Position numbers and translations under genes: made by a program
Notes under the pieces: model-generated
The model's database searches: none
What the model saw: the letters and a program-made list of their open reading frames with translations, nothing else
What the model was told of the DNA's origin: nothing
Shown here: positions 33,433 to 42,221 of the stretch, piece after piece
How the letters are laid out: every line of letters starts with the position of its first letter
Position numbering within the stretch: the stretch's first letter is position 1
From: Acetatifactor sp.
GTDB lineage: Bacteria > Bacillota > Clostridia > Lachnospirales > Lachnospiraceae
NCBI GenBank assembly: GCA_045643625.1
Contig: JAZULD010000080.1
Coordinates: 1-42,221, forward strand
Reading direction: 5' to 3'
DNA: 42,221 nucleotides

Positions 33433-35106
33433 TTATGCCTTGGGCAGTACAAAGGAACTCTTCAGGGATACGATACGGTTGAAGACAAGGGAGCCAGCGG
33501 TGGAATCCTTGGCATCCACGCAGAAGAAGCCCTGTCTTACAAACTGGAATCTGTCGTATGCCTTCGCATCCGCAAAAGCAGGCTCCAGATAGCACTCCTT
33601 CAGAACAGTTAAGGAGTTGGGATTCAGGTTCAGGCTGCCGTCCTCATTGTATACGCCCTTCTCCTCATCGATGATGTTCTCGTAGAGACGTACCTCTGCC
33701 TTGACAGCTTCCTTGGCTGCAACCCAGTGAATGGTACCCTTCACTTTTCGTCCGTCGGGGCTGTTGCCGCCCTTGGAAGCGGGATCGTAGGTACAGTGGA
33801 TCTCGATCACCTTGCCGGTCTCGTCCTTGACACAGCCGGTGCAGGTTACGAAATATGCGTTCATCAGACGAACCTCGTTGCCGGGGAACATTCTGAAATA
33901 CTTCTTGGGAGGCTCTTCCATGAAGTCCTCTGTCTCGATGTAGAGTTCCTTGCCGAAAGGTACCTTACGGGTGCCAAGCTCCTCGTTCTCGGGGTTGTTC
34001 ACTGCGTCCATGTACTCGATCTGATCCTCGGGATAGTTGTCGATGACAAGCTTCACGGGATCGATGACAGCCATGTAACGGGGTGCCTTGGGCTTTAAGT
34101 CCTCACGGATGCAGTACTCAAGCATAGCGTAGTCTACGGAGGACTGGCTCTTGGAGATACCGCACAGGTCTACGAAAAGCTTGATGGACTCGGGGGTAAA
34201 ACCGCGCCTTCTTAAAGCGGCGATGGATACCAGTCTGGGATCGTCCCAACCGTCCACAATGCCTTCCTCAACAAGCTTCTTGATATATCTCTTACCTGTC
34301 ACCACATTGGTCAGGTAAAGCTTAGCGAACTCGATCTGCCTGGGAGGTCTGGGATACTCAAGTTCTCTTACGACCCAGTCATACAGAGGTCTGTGGTCCT
34401 CGAACTCCAGAGTACAGATGGAGTGGGAGATACCCTCGATCGCATCCTCGATGGGATGAGCAAAATCGTACAGGGGATAGATGCACCAGGTGTCGCCGGT
34501 GTTGTGATGGGTCATGTGAGCCACACGGTAGATAACGGGATCTCTCATGTTGATGTTGGGAGATGCCATATCGATGCGTGCGCGCAGAACCTTCTCGCCG
34601 TCGGCATACTTGCCATTCTTCATCTCTTCGAAGAGAGTCAGGTTCTCCTCGATGCTTCTGGTGCTGTAGGGATCTTCCTTACCGGGCTCGGTCAGGCTTC
34701 CGCGATACTCTCTGATCTGCTCAGCGTTTAAGTCGGACACATATGCCTTGCCCTTCTTGATCAGCTTCACAGCAGCCTCGTACATATCGCCGAAGTAGTT
34801 GGAAGCGAAGAAAAGTCTGTCCTCCCAGTCGGCGCCGAGCCACTGGATATCAGCCTTGATGGATTCAACGAACTCGATCTTCTCCTTGGTGGGATTGGTG
34901 TCGTCGAAACGCATGTTGAACTTACCGTTGTACTTCTCTGCAAGGCCGTAGTTTAAGAGAATACTCTTAGCGTGGCCGATGTGCAGATAACCGTTGGGCT
35001 CCGGAGGAAAACGAGTGTGGACGGTCTCGTACACACCCTCCGCCAGATCTTTATCTATCATCTGTTCGATAAAATTTTTGGATTCGGGAATTGCTTTTTC
35101 ACTCAT
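33433..35106 (-). CDS. glnS: Glutamine--tRNA ligase
   Basis: [56 protein letters not shown]. Confidence 0.96.
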   Translation of the reverse strand: MSEKAIPESKNFIEQMIDKDLAEGVYETVHTRFPPEPNGYLHIGHAKSILLNYGLAEKYNGKFNMRFDDTNPTKEKIEFVESIKADIQWLGADWEDRLFFASNYFGDMYEAAVKLIKKGKAYVSDLNAEQIREYRGSLTEPGKEDPYSTRSIEENLTLFEEMKNGKYADGEKVLRARIDMASPNINMRDPVIYRVAHMTHHNTGDTWCIYPLYDFAHPIEDAIEGISHSICTLEFEDHRPLYDWVVRELEYPRPPRQIEFAKLYLTNVVTGKRYIKKLVEEGIVDGWDDPRLVSIAALRRRGFTPESIKLFVDLCGISKSQSSVDYAMLEYCIREDLKPKAPRYMAVIDPVKLVIDNYPEDQIEYMDAVNNPENEELGTRKVPFGKELYIETEDFMEEPPKKYFRMFPGNEVRLMNAYFVTCTGCVKDETGKVIEIHCTYDPASKGGNSPDGRKVKGTIHWVAAKEAVKAEVRLYENIIDEEKGVYNEDGSLNLNPNSLTVLKECYLEPAFADAKAYDRFQFVRQGFFCVDAKDSTAGSLVFNRIVSLKSSFVLPKA

Positions 35107-35157
35107 GGCAGTTTAAGCCTCTTTCTTTGAACTTTGTCTACAGGTGTAGCACCTTAC

Positions 35158-35187
35158 ATTGTATAACACTTTCACCCAAACTGTCAA
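35158..35187 (-). promoter_or_regulatory. Putative sigma-A promoter of glnS
   Basis: Minus strand TTGACA-N18-TACAAT. Confidence 0.6.
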
Positions 35188-35195
35188 AAAACTTT

Positions 35196-36374
35196 TTAGT
35201 GATGGAACAGTCTGATTCCGGTGAATGCCATAGCCATGCCGTACTTGTTGCAGCAGTCGATAACTGCGTCGTCTCTTACGGAACCGCCGGGCTGTGCAAT
35301 GTACTTAACACCGCTCTTGTGTGCTCTCTCAATGTTGTCGGAGAAGGGGAAGAATGCGTCGGAGCCTAAGGTCACATCCTGCATCTTATCAAGCCATGCT
35401 CTCTTCTCTTCTGCGGTGAAAACAGGGGGCTTCTCGCTGAAGGTCTTCTCCCATGCGCCGTCTGCCAGAAGGTCCATATACTCATCGCCCATGTAAACGT
35501 CGATGGCATTGTCTCTGTCAGCTCTGCCGAGACCGGGAACGAACTTTAAGTTCATTACCTGAGGGGACTGACGAAGGAACCAGTTGTCAGCCTTGCTGCC
35601 TGCAAGTCTGGTGCAGTGGATCCTGGACTGCTGACCTGCGCCGATACCGATGGCCTGGCCGTCCTTTACGTAGCATACGGAGTTACTCTGGGTGTATTTT
35701 AAGGTGATCAGAGCGATCTTGATGTCGATCAGTGCGCTCTCGGGAATCTCCTTGTTCTCGGTCACGATGTTGGACAGCAGATCTGCGTTGATGTCCAGCT
35801 CGTTTCTGCCCTGCTCGAAGGTGATGCCGTAAACCTGCTTTTTCTCAACAGCTGCGGGCACATAGTTCTCATCGATCTGAATCACATTGTAGCCGCCCTT
35901 TTTCTTCTCCTTCAGGATGGCAAGTGCCTCGGGAGTGTAGCCGGGAGCGATCACGCCGTCGGATACCTCTCTCTTGATCAGTCTTGCGGTATCCTCATCG
36001 CAGACATCGGAGAGCGCGATAAAATCGCCGAAGGAGCTCATTCTGTCAGCGCCTCTTGCTCTCGCGTATGCGCATGCAAGGGGAGAAAGATCGCCCAAGT
36101 CGTTGACCCAGTAGATCTTAGCCAGGGTCTCGGTGAGAGGAAGACCTACTGCTGCGCCTGCGGGGCTAACGTGCTTGAAGGAGGTTGCAGCGGGAAGACC
36201 GGTTGCAGCCTTTAACTCTTTTACAAGCTGCCAGCCGTTGAAGGCATCCAGGAAATTGATGTAGCCGGGTCTGCCGTTTAACACGGTAACGGGAAGGTCG
36301 CTTCCGTCCTCCATGAAGATTCTGGAAGGCTTCTGGTTGGGGTTACAGCCATATTTTAATTCGATCTCGTTCAT
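35196..36374 (-). CDS. purH: AICAR formyltransferase (stand-alone PurH transformylase domain)
   Basis: LKYGCNPNQ, GYINFLDA, SFKHVSPAG, KYTQSNSV, GAGQQSRIHCTRLAG, SDAFFPF.D, QPGGSVRD; no N-terminal IMPCH/MGS domain. Confidence 0.93.
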   Translation of the reverse strand: MNEIELKYGCNPNQKPSRIFMEDGSDLPVTVLNGRPGYINFLDAFNGWQLVKELKAATGLPAATSFKHVSPAGAAVGLPLTETLAKIYWVNDLGDLSPLACAYARARGADRMSSFGDFIALSDVCDEDTARLIKREVSDGVIAPGYTPEALAILKEKKKGGYNVIQIDENYVPAAVEKKQVYGITFEQGRNELDINADLLSNIVTENKEIPESALIDIKIALITLKYTQSNSVCYVKDGQAIGIGAGQQSRIHCTRLAGSKADNWFLRQSPQVMNLKFVPGLGRADRDNAIDVYMGDEYMDLLADGAWEKTFSEKPPVFTAEEKRAWLDKMQDVTLGSDAFFPFSDNIERAHKSGVKYIAQPGGSVRDDAVIDCCNKYGMAMAFTGIRLFHH

Positions 36375-36401
36375 GATAGAGTCCTTTCTTTTCGTCGGTG
36401 A

Positions 36402-37109
36402 TCAGTTGTTCTTGTTGATGATGTTGGTGCGCACCTCGCCGGTTGCGATGTCGATGTAGCGTACAAAGAGAGATACCTTGTTGTCCTCGTTTAAGTTCTC
36501 CCAGAGCATGTTAGTAAACTCATCCATGTCATTGCCGATCGCTACCTTCTTGGGCTCGCCATAGAAGCTGGGAAGGGGATTGCCGTCCTGCTTGTAGGTG
36601 TGGATGAAGTGGCCCTGGCCCTTGATGGGCTTGTCGTAGGTGAAGGTGTAGCGGTTGCAGCAGGAAGGATCGCCGTCGTTGCTCTTTAAGATGGAGATCG
36701 CATAATCAAACTTGCCGTCAGCCACGTTCATAAGACCGGAGATACGAGGGGTGTAGTTGGGACCGTCGGGCTCGAACTCTCTGCTTCTTAAGGACTGCTC
36801 AAAGGTAAGGCCCTCAGCAAGTCCGTCGTAGATGGTGTCGGTCTGATCGCCGTTGGTTACGATGGTCTGATTGCCAAGTACTCTTACGGGTGCGTAGATG
36901 ATCAGGCTGGGATCCTCAAGCTTGGAGGGATCGTATGCCTCGGTGCGGATGCCCTCACCCTCGGTCACGAAGACACGATTGCGGCTGTTAGAGCTTCTGC
37001 CCATGATAAAATAAGCGGTCACTGCGTACTTGCCGTCCTCGGAGAGACCGATCACGATACCTCTTCCGGGATAAGCGTTGTTCTTAAGTTCCTCATTCAG
37101 TAATAACAT
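36402..37109 (-). CDS. IMP cyclohydrolase (PurO-like, Ntn fold)
   Basis: YPGRGI, YFIMGRS.NSRNR, SLIIY, IVTNGDQTD, FEPD.PNYTPRISG; directly upstream of the AICARFT gene and under a ZTP riboswitch. Confidence 0.9.
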   Translation of the reverse strand: MLLLNEELKNNAYPGRGIVIGLSEDGKYAVTAYFIMGRSSNSRNRVFVTEGEGIRTEAYDPSKLEDPSLIIYAPVRVLGNQTIVTNGDQTDTIYDGLAEGLTFEQSLRSREFEPDGPNYTPRISGLMNVADGKFDYAISILKSNDGDPSCCNRYTFTYDKPIKGQGHFIHTYKQDGNPLPSFYGEPKKVAIGNDMDEFTNMLWENLNEDNKVSLFVRYIDIATGEVRTNIINKNN

Positions 37110-37194
37110 GTTTTTCCTCATTTCCGCACCGATCCGTAAGCCTTCCGGCCGCGGCGCCGTCGGTGCCCGCGCCTGCAATTTACCGTTGCCGTCA

Positions 37195-37246
37195 AAAAAA
37201 GCCGGCAACCTGAGCATCACAAAAAAGTGGTGCCCAGGCGGTCGGC
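37195..37246 (-). terminator. Expression-platform terminator of the ZTP riboswitch
   Basis: Minus strand GCCGACCGCCTGGGCAC...GTGATGCTCAGGTTGCCGGC followed by T6; overlaps the aptamer 3' hairpin. Confidence 0.8.
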
Positions 37247-37313
37247 TTTCATCCTATCTGCACTCCCTGTGGGTTCCCCCACCGCATTACATGCTTTCCG
37301 CCAGTTGTGCAGC
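37229..37313 (-). ncRNA. ZMP/ZTP (pfl) riboswitch
   Basis: Minus strand CAACTGGCGGAAA...GTGGG-ggaa-CCCACAGGGAG...linker...GCCGACCGCCTGGGCAC; upstream of IMPCH/AICARFT. Confidence 0.93.
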
Positions 37314-37343
37314 GTGTGTCAAAATATATTCCTACGCGTCAGA

Positions 37344-38912
<1,569 letters not shown>

Positions 38913-38925
38913 TCATGCACTTTTT

Positions 38926-39417
38926 TTAGTCCTTGAATACCTTTCGGGGTGCTGTCATCCACATTGCCTTGTACAGCTCCTCGGAGGGAGTGATGAGCAG
39001 CTTCAGATTGCCCTCGCAGTAAACTGCGTATCTGGTCTCGGGCTTGGTGCGTCCCGCGCTGAAGTTCTTCACCTTTACCTTACGATTCTTATAAGAGTCG
39101 AGCTGATGGGAATCGATGGGCGCAATGATCTCGATCTTGTCCATCTCATAGGTACCCATGGGCACGCGCTTGCTTCTTGCCATGACCTTCTCGACCTGCA
39201 GCTCCTTCTCGATAAAGAGGTACTCAAACTCCACATTGGTGAACATATTGAGCACATAGCCGCCGACGCCTGTGATGATGCCCAGCATCACGCCGATAAA
39301 GCCGGTAATGAGGGCGGACACACCGAAGATAGCGGTCAGTCCGTATAAAAAATAAACGACGATCTTAGCCGCAAGGGGCTGTTTTCTTCTCACGAGGCAC
39401 TCTACATAACCTGCCAT
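38926..39417 (-). CDS. DUF6106-like membrane protein (2 TM + soluble C-terminal domain)
   Basis: YVECLVRRK, two TM helices, VEFEY....EL.V.K.M..SKR, PRKVF C-terminus typical of this clostridial family. Confidence 0.7.
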   Translation of the reverse strand: MAGYVECLVRRKQPLAAKIVVYFLYGLTAIFGVSALITGFIGVMLGIITGVGGYVLNMFTNVEFEYLFIEKELQVEKVMARSKRVPMGTYEMDKIEIIAPIDSHQLDSYKNRKVKVKNFSAGRTKPETRYAVYCEGNLKLLITPSEELYKAMWMTAPRKVFKD

Positions 39418-39449
39418 AATGACACCGTCCTTCTTCATTCTTTTTCATA

Positions 39450-39528
39450 ATCATATAACATCCCGGGGTAAGTTGCAAGGAAGATTTCGCCGCATTTCAT
39501 TGACTTTCCGCCCCGAAACAAGTATCAT
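39450..39528. promoter_or_regulatory. Divergent sigma-A promoter pair
   Basis: Minus TTGCAA-N17-TATGAT (39478-39450); plus TTGACT-N17-TATCAT (39500-39528). Confidence 0.55.
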
Positions 39529-39597
39529 AATCTCACATAAAAAAGTTATTAAAGCAGGGTCAGATCCCTTCTTTTTCATACGAAAGGACCGGTAAAA

Positions 39598-40353
39598 ATG
39601 GCACAGATGGACGAATTCCGCGCAGAGCGCGAAGCAATCAAATCAGCAGGTCTCAAGACGAAGATCGCATATTTCTGGGAGTACTACAAGTGGCACAGCA
39701 TCGTAGCCGTTGCGCTTCTTGCCTCCATGGTCTTCATCATTCACAGCTGCGCGACCAACACCAAATCAGCCCTGTATGTGGCGATGATCAACACCCTTCC
39801 CCACGGCGACGCGGAGGTGTACGCCGAGGAGGTTGCGGAGAGACTTCACGTGAACGCGCCCCGCACCAACGTGGTCTTCGATCTCGGCATGTACATGAAC
39901 TTCGACGACTTTGATACCAACACCGCCTACGCGGCTCAGAAGATGATGGTACTCCTTGCATCCGGCGATGCGGACCTGATGATCACCAACACCAAGTCCC
40001 TCGAGTACTACGCCTACAACGATACCATGTGCGACCTGCGCGACATCATGACTCCCGAGCAGATCGAGAAGTATGAGCCCTACTTCTTCTACCTGGACGC
40101 TCAGGTCCTCAGGGACAAGATGGAAGCCGACAACAATCTGGATATCACCTACGAGGTGCCCTACCCCGAAGATCCTTCCGATCCCACCACCATGGCCGAG
40201 CCCATTCCCGTGGGCGTCTACGTGGACGGCTGCAGCGAGCTTATGGACCGCTTCTACTTCCACGAGGGACGCGTGGCATTGAGCGTGATCGCAAGCGCCA
40301 AGCATGTGGACCTGGGTCTTCAGTATCTGGATCTTCTCTTTGAGGAGCAATAA
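39598..40353 (+). CDS. Conserved hypothetical membrane-anchored protein, solute-binding-protein-like outer domain
   Basis: GAAAGGA RBS; KIAYFWEYYKWH then one TM helix; K.MV.LASGDADL.I and DL.D motifs recall sugar-binding proteins. Confidence 0.7.
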   Translation: MAQMDEFRAEREAIKSAGLKTKIAYFWEYYKWHSIVAVALLASMVFIIHSCATNTKSALYVAMINTLPHGDAEVYAEEVAERLHVNAPRTNVVFDLGMYMNFDDFDTNTAYAAQKMMVLLASGDADLMITNTKSLEYYAYNDTMCDLRDIMTPEQIEKYEPYFFYLDAQVLRDKMEADNNLDITYEVPYPEDPSDPTTMAEPIPVGVYVDGCSELMDRFYFHEGRVALSVIASAKHVDLGLQYLDLLFEEQ

Positions 40354-40372
40354 AAACCGTCAGAATAAAAAT

Positions 40373-40426
40373 AAAGCCCGAAGGGAAACGACCGAAACGG
40401 TCCGCCCCCATCGGGCTTTTCTTTTT
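40373..40426. terminator. Terminator (probably bidirectional) between convergent genes
   Basis: AAAGCCCGA.GGG...GACCGAAACGGTC...CCC.TCGGGCTTTT flanked by A- and T-rich runs. Confidence 0.8.
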
Positions 40427-40456
40427 ATGCTTTTTTACTCTTTAAGCTTTTTCGCT

Positions 40457-41107
40457 TTATGCTTTGGTTGCAAACAAGACTCTGCGGAATAAGTCCGCGG
40501 TCTTCTCCTCGCCGATCGCCTTCTTGAAGACATCGGTGGAGGGACCTCCGTTCTTAAGCAGACCTTCCACATAGACGCCTGCCTTCTCGCGCTTTACTTC
40601 CGCGTCACAGGCGCCGGCATTCTCGCTGTCCTTTAAGAAGCCCGCCATGTAGCGGAGGGTCAGCTCGTCAAAGAAGGGGCTTTCCTTCTTTTTGCCCTTC
40701 TTGGCCAGACTTACGGGAAGCTTGATGGAATCGTACCAGTGACTGCCCACATTGTGCTCGGGAAGAGAGCTGCCGCCAAGCTTTGCACGCTCTGTCTCGG
40801 TCATTGCGGTGCTGCCCACAAAGGTATCGTAGATTTCAAAGATCAGGGTGTCATTGCCCATGGCAAGCACTCTGTCGTAGGACAGAAGGGGCATATCCTT
40901 CACGGTAGGGTTCACGATCAGGGTGTCCATCTTCATCAGTCCGAAGAATCCGCCCGCACGCATCACAGACACAGCTCCAAGGCCCTCAGCCTCGAAACAA
41001 CGTACAACAAACTTCATGCCGTTTGCCTTTAAATGCGCATATTCGCCGGGATCCTTCTCGGTCAGGGGATATTTTTCACCGATCTGTTTTAACAGCTTAT
41101 CGATCAT
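40457..41107 (-). CDS. Hypothetical protein with ferredoxin-dependent bilin reductase (PcyA/PebA/RCCR)-like motifs
   Basis: 216 aa; DTLIVNPTVKDMPLLSYDRV and C-terminal Y...L...GP...VF.KAIGEE.T..LF..VLF; start overlaps the upstream stop (ATGA). CDS confident, family call tentative. Confidence 0.6.
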   Translation of the reverse strand: MIDKLLKQIGEKYPLTEKDPGEYAHLKANGMKFVVRCFEAEGLGAVSVMRAGGFFGLMKMDTLIVNPTVKDMPLLSYDRVLAMGNDTLIFEIYDTFVGSTAMTETERAKLGGSSLPEHNVGSHWYDSIKLPVSLAKKGKKKESPFFDELTLRYMAGFLKDSENAGACDAEVKREKAGVYVEGLLKNGGPSTDVFKKAIGEEKTADLFRRVLFATKA

Positions 41108-41730
41108 ACCTGCGCCTCCACATTACTCTCGCGAAGGCCTGCCTTGTGCAGGATCAGTACACCTGCAAACAGGGCGCCCTGGGACACAATGTTGATGCTC
41201 TGCTCAAGCCAGTTGACCCAGGAGGCGGTGGAATCGAGACGTCCCGCATAGCCCATGCCCATGGATGCCACAAAGGCGATCACGAACAGAAGGATGGGGA
41301 ATTTCTTCTTCATGCGGCCTGCCAGAATACCGAGGCATACGCACATCATGCCAAGTCCCAGCACCATCATGACAAGGAACAGCACGGTGCCTGTAAAAAG
41401 AGGCGGTGCAACTGCCAGGAGAGCATTATCCTTCCTGCGGCATACCAGCATGAGCATGGCGATGCCTGCCATCAGGAAGCCTAAGGACTGGGTGGGCAGG
41501 AATAAGGTATTTAATGCGTGGAAATCACAGATGCCAGCAGCGTAGAGCAGCTTCCAGACTGCCTTTAATAAGCCTGCGCAGAACACGTCGATGGTGCCTG
41601 CGGCAAACAGGGCAAAACAATACTTGGTCATCTTGTGGTAGAGGTCCTTCATCATGAGAACGGTGGACACCGCGAAGAATACCACGGGGATGAAGTCTAC
41701 CAGAGCCATAATTACACTAAACTCGTACAT
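41104..41730 (-). CDS. Hypothetical polytopic membrane protein (~6-7 TM)
   Basis: GGAGGAG RBS, ATG 41730; hydrophobic helices with intramembrane polar residues (D, K..WK, Q, EQ..N..Q). Confidence 0.8.
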   Translation of the reverse strand: MYEFSVIMALVDFIPVVFFAVSTVLMMKDLYHKMTKYCFALFAAGTIDVFCAGLLKAVWKLLYAAGICDFHALNTLFLPTQSLGFLMAGIAMLMLVCRRKDNALLAVAPPLFTGTVLFLVMMVLGLGMMCVCLGILAGRMKKKFPILLFVIAFVASMGMGYAGRLDSTASWVNWLEQSINIVSQGALFAGVLILHKAGLRESNVEAQV

Positions 41731-41748
41731 TTTTTCTCCTCCGGGCAA

Positions 41749-42219
41749 TTACTTCTCTTTCACAAGGTGATAGAGAGGGATAAAGGGAATCAGGATGGGG
41801 GTTGTGCTCACATAGTCGCGGTACTCTTTCTTGTCGCCGTAGTTCTTGTTCTGGCGCTTCTCCAGACGCTGAGCGCCAGAGAACATGATGTACACGATGC
41901 ACACGTAGCCGAATACGGAAACGGCCCACTGCCAACCCTGCAGCACATTCAGGCCGGAGACAAAGCAGCCGGTCCAGACCAGGATCTCACCAAAGTAGTT
42001 GGGGCAGCGGCACAGCTTGAACAGGCCCTGGGTGGCGACCATGTTGGGGTTTGCCTTCTTGGCAGCGGACTTCTGCTTGTCGGCAACGGCCTCCATGGTA
42101 ACGCCGATGGCCATAATGGCAGCACCGACCCAGGTCAGCACATCGCCGCCAATGGAAGCACCGCCGTTGACCAGCCGGTACATCACGGGGGACACCTGCA
42201 TGGGGTACAGCATCGCCAT
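41749..42219 (-). CDS. DUF1295 / steroid 5-alpha-reductase-like membrane oxidoreductase, 5' end outside the window
   Basis: E.VAD.QK..AK, GLF...R.PNYFGE...W.G, LE.RQ...YG...EY..Y...TP.LIP; the frame is open to the window edge. Confidence 0.85.
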   Translation of the reverse strand: MAMLYPMQVSPVMYRLVNGGASIGGDVLTWVGAAIMAIGVTMEAVADKQKSAAKKANPNMVATQGLFKLCRCPNYFGEILVWTGCFVSGLNVLQGWQWAVSVFGYVCIVYIMFSGAQRLEKRQNKNYGDKKEYRDYVSTTPILIPFIPLYHLVKEK

Positions 42220-42221
42220 CA

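Noticed and set aside
33433-35106. GlnRS in a Firmicute as a novelty
   Set aside because: glnS is well known in Clostridia; no T-box seen upstream either
37110-37220. N-terminal extension of the IMP cyclohydrolase ORF
   Set aside because: Runs through the riboswitch terminator; the RBS-supported start is ATG 37109

Overview
Ordinary-looking chromosomal segment of a Clostridia-type anaerobe; the gene set and order suggest Lachnospiraceae (inference). It holds about 29 CDS, mostly on the minus strand: an acyltransferase, two Gfo/Idh/MocA oxidoreductases, a mraY-like/greA/HAD-CPBP/GT2 cluster, a cytoplasmic GH3-GH67-GH2 glucuronoxylan-oligomer cluster, a TetM/EF-G-like GTPase fused to a Rae1/YacP-type NYN RNase, a TPP riboswitch with thiT, xth-addB-addA-patatin-esterase, DUF6062, tetR, mocR, glnS, guaB followed by a ZTP riboswitch and a split purH (IMP cyclohydrolase + AICAR formyltransferase), and a terminal operon of a DUF1295 (steroid 5-alpha-reductase-like) protein, a membrane protein and a protein with ferredoxin-dependent bilin reductase-like motifs. 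I saw no mobile element, CRISPR array, tRNA or rRNA. The best leads are (1) the bilin-reductase-like/DUF1295 operon, (2) the translational GTPase-NYN nuclease fusion and (3) an unrecognised, strongly structured ~100-nt leader RNA upstream of the DUF6062 gene. All family calls come from motif recognition by eye; no search was run.
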